A program made the position numbers and the translations under genes. Source: an uncultured Eggerthellaceae bacterium (GTDB lineage Bacteria; Actinomycetota; Coriobacteriia; Coriobacteriales; Eggerthellaceae). Taken from it: a stretch of DNA of 64,000 nt. The stretch covers positions 10,169 to 74,168 of the forward strand of contig CAJURO010000003.1 in assembly GCA_910588985.1 (NCBI GenBank). The letters are read 5' to 3'. Numbering within the stretch: position 1 is the first letter of the stretch; the number at the start of each line of letters is the position of its first letter. The notes below the pieces were generated by a model. The model was given only the letters and a program-made list of their open reading frames with translations, made no database searches and was not told the DNA's origin. Below, one piece after another: positions 57,053 to 64,000 of the stretch.

Positions 57053-57538
57053 ATGCAAGAGAAAAGAGGTGAGATGCTCACGCAGAAAGAGACAAGCCTG
57101 CTTACTGCCATTGAGAAGGCAGCTGATTCGCATGGTATGGAGATCATCACAGTCGAAGTGATAGGCGCAAAGCGCGCTCCTATCATTCGCGTCTACATCG
57201 ACACGCCCTCAGGCGTCTCGTTCAATGAGCTTTCCTCTGCTCAAGCATGGATCGGCGAGCTGCTCGACGACATCGATCCATTTCCTGGTGCATACACATT
57301 AGAGGTCTCCTCTCCTGGCATTGATCGGCCACTTCGAACCGCCGAGCATTTCAAACGCTTTAGAGGCGAAGAGGCAAAGGTGAAGACGGTCGAGCCTATC
57401 GGAGGATCGAGCAATTTCCGTGGCGAGATCGTCTCGGTAGATGATGTTCTCGTGCTCAAAACCGAAGAGAGCACAGTAGAGATCGCATTTGACAATATTC
57501 GCAGAGCCAACCTTGTTGGCAAGATCGACCTACACTAG
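57053..57538 (+). CDS. rimP: Ribosome maturation factor RimP
   Basis: RimP-like blocks (IRVYID, LEVSSPGIDRPL) directly upstream of nusA. Start placed after the terminator; Met at 57074 is an alternative. Confidence 0.85.
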   Translation: MQEKRGEMLTQKETSLLTAIEKAADSHGMEIITVEVIGAKRAPIIRVYIDTPSGVSFNELSSAQAWIGELLDDIDPFPGAYTLEVSSPGIDRPLRTAEHFKRFRGEEAKVKTVEPIGGSSNFRGEIVSVDDVLVLKTEESTVEIAFDNIRRANLVGKIDLH

Positions 57539-57549
57539 AAGGGAAAGTC

Positions 57550-58755
57550 ATGGCTGAAGAAGATGTATCTTTGATCGAAGCGTTGCAAGCGCTTGCACAT
57601 GAGCGCAAGATCGACGAATTCTACATCATTGAACGCTTGGAGGAGTCGCTCGCGAAGAGCTATGAGCGCATCCTTGATCTTGAGCATGATGCACGCGTAA
57701 CGATCGATCGCCAAAGTGGAAAGATCTATGTCTATGAGCTCATACCAGTAGGGGAGCCAGATCCTGAAACGGGCGAGTATGCTGAATTCGAAGAACGTGA
57801 TGTGACGCCAGACGGCGTGAGTCGTATCGCAGCTCACAATGCAAAGGGCGTCATCGCCTCTATTGTCCGCGATGCAACACGGCGAAGCATCTACGAGGAA
57901 TTCTCAGATCGAACGGGAGACCTCATTACAGGCACCGTGCTTCAAGGCACGCCTGATTTCACGATCATCAAGATCCGTGAAGGAGTAGAAGCTGAACTGC
58001 CTCATTACGATACGAAGCGGAATCCTGGCGAGCGCAATGAGCGTCCTGCGAATGAGCACTATCGTCATAACCAGCGCCTTAAGGTTCTTATCATTGACGT
58101 GCGCGATCCACAATCAGAGATCACGAAAGCCAAAGGCGAGCAGGCTCGTCCTCCCATCATCGTCTCGCGTACGCATCCCGACCTGATCCGTCGGCTCTTC
58201 GAGATCGAGGTGCCAGAGATCTATGATGGCATCGTCGAGATCAAGTCGATCGCCCGCGAGCCAGGAGCCCGTTCCAAGATCGCCGTTTCCTCTCGTGAGG
58301 CAAACCTAGATCCTGTGGGCGCTTGCGTTGGACCGAAGGGATCACGTGTTCGCATGGTCGTCGAGGAGCTCCGCAACGAGCGTGTTGACGTCATCCAATG
58401 GAGTGACGATCCAGAGGTGTATGTTGCTAATGCGCTTTCGCCAGCACGTGTCTCCAGCGTCTCGATCGACCCCGAGAACCATTATGCGACCGTCGTCGTG
58501 CCCGACGATCAGCTTTCCCTCGCAATTGGCAAGGAAGGGCAGAATGCGCGTCTCGCAGCGCGCCTGACCGGCTGGCACATTGACATCAAGTCCGCAAGCT
58601 TCTCAAGCGAAGCTATCGATACGGACAACATGCTCATAGATGTCGAAGTTGAAGACGATGACCTTTGTGCATATGTGAGCGATGACGGCACGCGGTGCCG
58701 CAACCATGCACGTCCTGGATCGAACTATTGCGGCGTGCACGCAGAGATGGACTAA
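57550..58755 (+). CDS. nusA: Transcription termination/antitermination factor NusA
   Basis: N-terminal domain, S1 domain and two KH domains (GPKGSRV, GKEGQNARLA). A Cys-containing C-terminal tail is present. Confidence 0.95.
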   Translation: MAEEDVSLIEALQALAHERKIDEFYIIERLEESLAKSYERILDLEHDARVTIDRQSGKIYVYELIPVGEPDPETGEYAEFEERDVTPDGVSRIAAHNAKGVIASIVRDATRRSIYEEFSDRTGDLITGTVLQGTPDFTIIKIREGVEAELPHYDTKRNPGERNERPANEHYRHNQRLKVLIIDVRDPQSEITKAKGEQARPPIIVSRTHPDLIRRLFEIEVPEIYDGIVEIKSIAREPGARSKIAVSSREANLDPVGACVGPKGSRVRMVVEELRNERVDVIQWSDDPEVYVANALSPARVSSVSIDPENHYATVVVPDDQLSLAIGKEGQNARLAARLTGWHIDIKSASFSSEAIDTDNMLIDVEVEDDDLCAYVSDDGTRCRNHARPGSNYCGVHAEMD

Positions 58756-58788
58756 GACCGAGCGTAGAGGAGCGCTGAGAGGCATCGA

Positions 58789-59049
58789 ATGAAGAGGATG
58801 AGGACGTGCATAGCGTGCAGGAGGGAAGGAGAGAAAGATGATTTCTTCCGTATTGCTCGCATGTCCGATGGGTCCGTCATCCTTGATGCGAAGGGAAATG
58901 GAGCGGGTCGCGGAGCGTATGTGTGCTCATCTGAATGCTTCGAGAGCGCACGCGCGAAGAACAGGTTCCCTCGCGTGCTTCGGGGGAGCTGCCCTGAAAG
59001 CGCGCTCGATGAGATTTCAGCGAGCATCGTCTTATATGAGCGCTCTTGA
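58789..59049 (+). CDS. ylxR: YlxR/DUF448-family RNA-binding protein
   Basis: RTCIACRREGEKDDFFRI ... GRGAYVC. Conserved position between nusA and infB. Confidence 0.85.
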   Translation: MKRMRTCIACRREGEKDDFFRIARMSDGSVILDAKGNGAGRGAYVCSSECFESARAKNRFPRVLRGSCPESALDEISASIVLYERS

Positions 59050-59076
59050 GTTTTTGGATAGGATGAGGAGTGGTAG

Positions 59077-61794
59077 ATGGCAGGAATGCGCGTACATGAA
59101 CTAGCAAAGGAGTTCGATCTCTCTAGCAAGGATATGCTTGACCGTCTCCGCAAGAACGGGATTGCAGCGAAGTCCCATGCCAGCATCCTCTCTGAAGAAG
59201 ATGTGGCTACGATTCGCCAAGCACTTGAACCCGAGATCCTCAAGCGTTCGAACGACCTTGAGAAAGCTGAACGGGAAGCGATCGAGAAAGAGCAGTCGAA
59301 ACTCGAAGAGGAGCGTGCACGCGAAGAGGCCGATCGACGTGCTGCAGTTGAGAAGGAGCTTGCTGAGCGTGCGGCAGCGCGTGCCGAGCGTGAAGGCGAT
59401 GCAACTGAGCAGACAACGAAGAAGAAGGTCATCGATTCGCATGTCTCATCTGGCATCGAGACGCTTGCAGATCAGATTGAGTCTGAAAAGAAGCGCGTTG
59501 AGCGTGAACGAGCCGAGGCGCGGGCGCGAGAGGCCGCCGAGGCACGAGCTCGCGAAGTTGCCAAGAAGCAAGCGGTCGAAGAGGCTCTTCGCTCCAAGGG
59601 CAAAAAGGGACAAAAGAGCGCTGAGGCCTCGCATCCTGTTGGAACCATCCCAACGAACTCCACCAAGAGCAACTTCAGCTCCCTCCTTTCTCAGATCGAA
59701 TCTGAGAAGCAGCGCATCGAATCACAGAAGGCCTCTAAGCAGCAGACGCGCTCAGAGAAAGGCTCTTCCAAGAAGGGCAAGCGCAACACGGGAAGCCAAT
59801 ACGTGCCTGAGCTTGAGGCTGTCGCCGAGAGCGCAGGAGAGGATCGCTACGCCCAGATGGCGGTGCAGGCCGAACAGCTCCAGCGCGACAAGGTGCTTGC
59901 TGAGGCACGGGCGGCCGTTGCCGCGGCCTCGAGCACCGAGGGAGAGGGAAGGCGAAAGAAGCGTAAGCAGAAGCGCGAGGCGGAGGCACGCGAAAAGGCA
60001 GAGGCACAGGCTATCGAGCGCGGCATAGACCCTGAGCTTGTACTCGATGATTCGGTTACCGAGATCCCGCAAGGCGTTACCGTTGCGAAGTTCTCAGAGC
60101 TTTTGAACGTTGCTCCCAACGAGGTGATCAAGCGCCTCTTCATGCTTGGTCAGGCTCTTACGCTCACACAATCGATGAGCGATGAGCTTGTCGAGCTCGT
60201 TGCGGATGACCTTTCTCGAAAAGTACGCGTCGTTTCCCCTGAAGAGGAATACGTTGTTGTCTACAACGACACCGAGGATGACCTCAAGCCTCGTCCTCCT
60301 GTGGTCACGGTCATGGGCCATGTTGACCACGGAAAGACGTCGCTCCTCGACGCCATTCGCGATACAGGGGTTGTCGAAAACGAGGCTGGCGGCATCACGC
60401 AGCATATCGGCGCTTCTGTCGTCGACATCAACGGCAGGCAGATCACGTTCATCGATACGCCTGGTCATGAGGCTTTCACTGCCATGCGTGCACGCGGTGC
60501 GCAAGTAACGGATGTCATCGTGCTTGTTGTCGCAGCTGATGATGGCGTCATGCCACAAACGATCGAAGCTATCAATCACGCTAAGGCGGCGAACGTTCCC
60601 ATCGTTGTAGCGGTGAACAAGATCGACAAGGACGGAGCGAACCCTGATCGCGTGCGACAGGAGCTCACCGAATATGAGGTTATCCCTGAAGAATGGGGCG
60701 GACAGAACATGTTCGTTGAGGTTTCGGCAAAGAAGCGCCTTCATATCGACGACCTGCTTGAAACCATCATCCTCCAAGCTGATGTTCTTGAGTTGAAGGC
60801 GAATCCCGACGCGCTTGCATCAGGCTTTGTCATTGAGGCGAACCTCGACAAAGGCCGTGGCCCTGTTGCAACCGTCCTCATCCAACGTGGTACGCTCCAT
60901 CCTGGTGATGCTGTTGTCGCTGGTACCTCATATGGGCATGTTCGTGCGCTCATCAACCCGCATGGCGACCATGTGGATGCAGCATATCCCGCTGATCCCG
61001 TTGAGATCTTGGGTCTCAATTCTGTCCCTGTAGCAGGCGACGAGTTCCGTGTCTTCGAGGATGAGCGCGACGCCCGTAAGCTCGCCGAAGAACGAGCATT
61101 GCGTGAGCGTCTTGCCGAACAGCAGCATACTGCGCACATGAGCCTCGACGACCTGTTCAACAGGATCGAGCAGGGCAAGCAAACAGACCTCAACCTCATC
61201 GTCAAGGCCGATGTGCAAGGCTCCATCGAGGCGCTGCAGGATGCATTCAACAAGATGGACCAATCTGAGGTGCGCATCAATATCGTCCACTCTGCTGTGG
61301 GAGGTATTACAGAGACGGATGTTACGCTGGCAGCAGCATCGGATGCCATCATCATTGGCTTCAATGTGCGTCCAACGGGCAAATCTCGTCAGCAAGCTGA
61401 AAAAGAGAAGGTCGATATCCGCCTGTATCGCGTCATCTACCAAGCGATCGAGGACATCAACCAAGCAAGAGTCGGCCTGCTCTCTCCTGATATCGTCGAG
61501 GAGGACACTGGCATCGCAGAGGTTCGTGAGACATTCAAGGTTCCTAAGGTCGGCACGATCGCAGGTTGCTATATCGTCGAAGGCGAGATCCACCGTGACG
61601 ACAAGGTACGTGTTGTCCGTGATGGCACTGTCGTATATGAAGGTGATATCGAGAGCTTGAGACGCTTCAAGGACGATGTCAAATCCGTTTCGCATGGGTA
61701 TGAATGCGGTATCGGCATCAGCGGTTATCAAGATGTAAAGGTTGGCGACACGATCGAGGGCTACACTATCAAGGAAGTGGAACGCACCGAATAG
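59077..61794 (+). CDS. infB: Translation initiation factor IF-2
   Basis: Glu/Arg/Lys/Ala-rich N-terminal region followed by a G domain ([17 protein letters not shown]) and IF-2 C-terminal domains. Confidence 0.96.
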   Translation: MAGMRVHELAKEFDLSSKDMLDRLRKNGIAAKSHASILSEEDVATIRQALEPEILKRSNDLEKAEREAIEKEQSKLEEERAREEADRRAAVEKELAERAAARAEREGDATEQTTKKKVIDSHVSSGIETLADQIESEKKRVERERAEARAREAAEARAREVAKKQAVEEALRSKGKKGQKSAEASHPVGTIPTNSTKSNFSSLLSQIESEKQRIESQKASKQQTRSEKGSSKKGKRNTGSQYVPELEAVAESAGEDRYAQMAVQAEQLQRDKVLAEARAAVAAASSTEGEGRRKKRKQKREAEAREKAEAQAIERGIDPELVLDDSVTEIPQGVTVAKFSELLNVAPNEVIKRLFMLGQALTLTQSMSDELVELVADDLSRKVRVVSPEEEYVVVYNDTEDDLKPRPPVVTVMGHVDHGKTSLLDAIRDTGVVENEAGGITQHIGASVVDINGRQITFIDTPGHEAFTAMRARGAQVTDVIVLVVAADDGVMPQTIEAINHAKAANVPIVVAVNKIDKDGANPDRVRQELTEYEVIPEEWGGQNMFVEVSAKKRLHIDDLLETIILQADVLELKANPDALASGFVIEANLDKGRGPVATVLIQRGTLHPGDAVVAGTSYGHVRALINPHGDHVDAAYPADPVEILGLNSVPVAGDEFRVFEDERDARKLAEERALRERLAEQQHTAHMSLDDLFNRIEQGKQTDLNLIVKADVQGSIEALQDAFNKMDQSEVRINIVHSAVGGITETDVTLAAASDAIIIGFNVRPTGKSRQQAEKEKVDIRLYRVIYQAIEDINQARVGLLSPDIVEEDTGIAEVRETFKVPKVGTIAGCYIVEGEIHRDDKVRVVRDGTVVYEGDIESLRRFKDDVKSVSHGYECGIGISGYQDVKVGDTIEGYTIKEVERTE

Positions 61795-61874
61795 ACTGAG
61801 AAGCGGGTCGGGTGTTCGCGGTCATGCAATGCTCGATCCGTTTTGAACAAGTCGCTTAGTGAGGAGTGGCCCTT

Positions 61875-62252
61875 ATGAAAGACGGAAACAGGAAAGTAGA
61901 CGAGCAGGCGCGTGAGGTCATCTCGAATATCCTCCTATTCGATGTATCTGATCCGCGTCTTGAGCTTGTTACCATCACAGGTTGCAAGGTGAGCTTCGAT
62001 CGCGCATACGCTGATGTGTATTACACGGTAGAGCCCGATCGCTACGAGTCAGCCTCTGCTGCGCTTGAAGCTGCTAAAGGCCATATTCGCTCTCAGATGG
62101 CGAAGAAGCTCGATTGGCGAAAGGCCCCAGAGCTTCGTTTCCACCTTGATGAAACCGTCGATGCCGCTGAACGTGTTGGAAGCTATATCAATGCCGAGAA
62201 GGAGCGTCAGAAGATCTCAAACGAAGCCCTTGGGCACGATGAGGAGTTCTGA
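61875..62252 (+). CDS. rbfA: Ribosome-binding factor A
   Basis: RbfA-like KH fold sequence (VTITGCKVSFDRAYADVYY). Start set to the ATG 8 nt after GAGGAG; the ORF track uses a GTG 9 nt upstream. Confidence 0.88.
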   Translation: MKDGNRKVDEQAREVISNILLFDVSDPRLELVTITGCKVSFDRAYADVYYTVEPDRYESASAALEAAKGHIRSQMAKKLDWRKAPELRFHLDETVDAAERVGSYINAEKERQKISNEALGHDEEF

Positions 62253-62260
62253 GAGAAGGC

Positions 62261-63247
62261 ATGGACGTTGTTGCGCCTACGAATACTACGCTCGATCATA
62301 TCGCTCAGGTCGTCTTATCTGCAGATACGATCTGCGTTTGCGGGCATGTCAATCCCGATGGTGACTGCATCGGCTCTGTGCTTGCGCTCGCATCGGCGCT
62401 CAGGTCTCTCAACAAGCACGTATATCCTCTCTGTGTAGAGAACGTCGATCAGAATCGCTCTTTTCAAGACCTTCCTGGTTCCGAGCATCTTATCAAGCCG
62501 AGCGGCCTTTCTCTTGCGCCTGAGCTCTTCATCAGCGTGGATGTCTCGAATGATGAACGTCTTGGAACAGCCGCGGATACCAAAGCATCTGCTTCGCATT
62601 CGATCACCATCGACCATCATGTGGTAGAGGGCGTTGATGCCGATCTTGCCTACATCGTTCCATCAGCTCCATCCACGACAATGCTCATTTGGGACTTGAT
62701 CGAAGCTCTTGGCGTTGAACGAACGAAGGAGATCGCCACCTGCTGCTTTTTCGGCCTCATGACAGATACTGGCGGTTTCAGGCATGCGAACTCATCGAAA
62801 GAAGCCTTTGAATATGCTGCTGCCATGGTCGAGAGAGGAGCGAATGCCCATATGCTCTCTGACGCGTTTTTCCAGCGTCGGAGCTTTGCCTCTGTGAAGC
62901 TTGAAGAGCGTTTGATCGAAAGGATCCACCTTTTTTGCGATGATAGAGCAGCGCTCAGTTTCGTGACACAGGCTGACCTTGATGCATTGGGGGCGACCAA
63001 GGCTGATTGCGAGCCCTTGATCGATGTGCTTCGCTCTCTCGATGGTGTGAAGATATCCTGTATTCTCAAGGCATTTGATGGAGCGGTGCGGGGCAGCTTG
63101 CGCTCCAAAGATGGCATCGACGTCAATGCCATCGCCAGGAAGCTCGGAGGGGGAGGCCATAAGCTTGCCTCTGGCTTTACGCTCGATTGCCCTCTTGAGA
63201 ATGCCATCGTGCAAGTTGAGCGACTTATCGAGGATGCATGCAACTGA
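62261..63247 (+). CDS. nrnA: DHH/DHHA1 phosphoesterase (NrnA-like oligoribonuclease / pAp phosphatase)
   Basis: GHVNPDGDCIGS, TIDHH and GGGGH motifs. Confidence 0.85.
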   Translation: MDVVAPTNTTLDHIAQVVLSADTICVCGHVNPDGDCIGSVLALASALRSLNKHVYPLCVENVDQNRSFQDLPGSEHLIKPSGLSLAPELFISVDVSNDERLGTAADTKASASHSITIDHHVVEGVDADLAYIVPSAPSTTMLIWDLIEALGVERTKEIATCCFFGLMTDTGGFRHANSSKEAFEYAAAMVERGANAHMLSDAFFQRRSFASVKLEERLIERIHLFCDDRAALSFVTQADLDALGATKADCEPLIDVLRSLDGVKISCILKAFDGAVRGSLRSKDGIDVNAIARKLGGGGHKLASGFTLDCPLENAIVQVERLIEDACN

Positions 63248-63248
63248 G

Positions 63249-64000
63249 ATGAAGCGCGGTCAGTCTGGATTATCATGCGTCGTAGGCGTTAACAAGCCAT
63301 GCGGCATGTCGTCGCATGACGTTGTCAACGCATGCCGTCGCATCTTCTCCGAGAAGCGGATCGGTCATGCTGGCACGCTCGATCCGCTTGCGAGTGGTGT
63401 CCTTCCTGTTCTTGTTGGTCCCGCAACACGGCTCGATAGGTACCTCACGGGGCACGACAAGACATATATCGCCCGAGTGGCCTTTGGCTCAGCAACTGCC
63501 ACTGATGATGCAGAAGGTGCCGTTATCAAGCAAGGCCCCCTCATTCCCGAGCTCTACGAAGAGTCGTTCGCTTGTGACATCTTGAAAGGGTTCCTTGGTC
63601 CTCAAAAGCAGATCCCGCCCGCCTATTCAGCCATCAAGGTCAATGGCGTGCGCGCGTATGCTGCAAGTCGCAAAGGCAATGTCATCGACCTTGCACCACG
63701 TGACATCGACATCCTTGCTGCAGAGCTTATCGATATCGAAGATATCCAAGGCGAGCTTGCTTGGTGCATTCAACTCACTGTTTCAAAAGGAACCTATATC
63801 AGGGCGATAGCACGTGACATAGGCAGAGCAGTAGGAGTTCCAGCACATCTTGCAGGTCTTGCACGTACGCGTTGCGGCATGCTCGATCTTGTTGATTGCG
63901 TCTCGCTTGAAGCGCTTACCGAGGTGAGAGAGACTGCTGCACTTGATCCAATAAAGCTTCTTGGATTTCCCATCGGGTTCGTCGCGCCCGCATGCCATTC
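63249..64000 (+). CDS. truB: tRNA pseudouridine-55 synthase (3' end outside the window)
   Basis: My own translation of this frame: MKRGQSGLSCVVGVNKPCGMSSHDVV...GHAGTLDPLASGVLPV...KTYIARV...PPAYSAIKVNG...SKGTYIRAIARD. The frame is open to the window end, so it is absent from the ORF track. Confidence 0.92.
   Translation, partial: MKRGQSGLSCVVGVNKPCGMSSHDVVNACRRIFSEKRIGHAGTLDPLASGVLPVLVGPATRLDRYLTGHDKTYIARVAFGSATATDDAEGAVIKQGPLIPELYEESFACDILKGFLGPQKQIPPAYSAIKVNGVRAYAASRKGNVIDLAPRDIDILAAELIDIEDIQGELAWCIQLTVSKGTYIRAIARDIGRAVGVPAHLAGLARTRCGMLDLVDCVSLEALTEVRETAALDPIKLLGFPIGFVAPACH

Noticed and set aside
59250-60010. Repetitive-looking GA/GC-rich DNA with many overlapping ORFs on both strands. It could be mistaken for a repeat array.
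   Set aside because: It encodes the Glu/Arg/Lys/Ala-rich low-complexity N-terminal region of IF-2 in one continuous frame. I could see no regular repeat-spacer periodicity, so it is not a CRISPR or tandem-repeat locus.

Overview
This 64-kb chromosomal segment is almost entirely housekeeping and looks like it comes from a Gram-positive, probably actinobacterial (Coriobacteriia-like) genome. That lineage guess is inference from three things: an LAxTG-type sorting signal, a gatCAB plus LL-DAP-aminotransferase gene set, and apparently leaderless genes. It is not a database result. GC content looks moderate by eye and was not computed.

Gene order, start to end:
- 3' end of a sortase-anchored surface protein
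- HD-GYP response regulator plus stand-alone Hpt
- gatCAB
- his operon: fused hisZ-hisG, then hisD, C, B, H, A, F, I
- minus-strand block: MFS, ubiE/menG, PAP2, dapL
- accessory-looking cluster: orphan radical-SAM gene, spermidine-synthase-fold gene, Trm9-like methyltransferase, divergent full-length Elp3
- ThrH-like phosphatase, an Arg/Glu-rich tail-anchored protein, tatD, hdeD
- chorismate mutase plus DAHP synthase, a lipoprotein, pcrA, sstT
- tRNA-Leu(UAG)
- tig-clpP-clpX, valS, a Zn-ribbon membrane protein, thrS, a cation/proton antiporter
- trxA-trxB, prfA-prmC-punA
- a T-box-like leader followed by ilvD-ilvB-ilvN-ilvC-serC-serA-leuA
- rimP-nusA-ylxR-infB-rbfA-nrnA-truB (truB runs off the 3' end)

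I saw no CRISPR array, transposase, integrase, prophage or defence genes.

The most interesting signal is the divergent Elp3 / Trm9-like pair, with a translationally coupled spermidine-synthase-fold gene. It looks like a eukaryote/archaea-type U34 (cm5U/mcm5U) tRNA modification module in a bacterium.

All calls rest on reading the supplied ORF translations and the DNA by eye. Start codons, hairpins and promoter hexamers are manual estimates. No searches were run.
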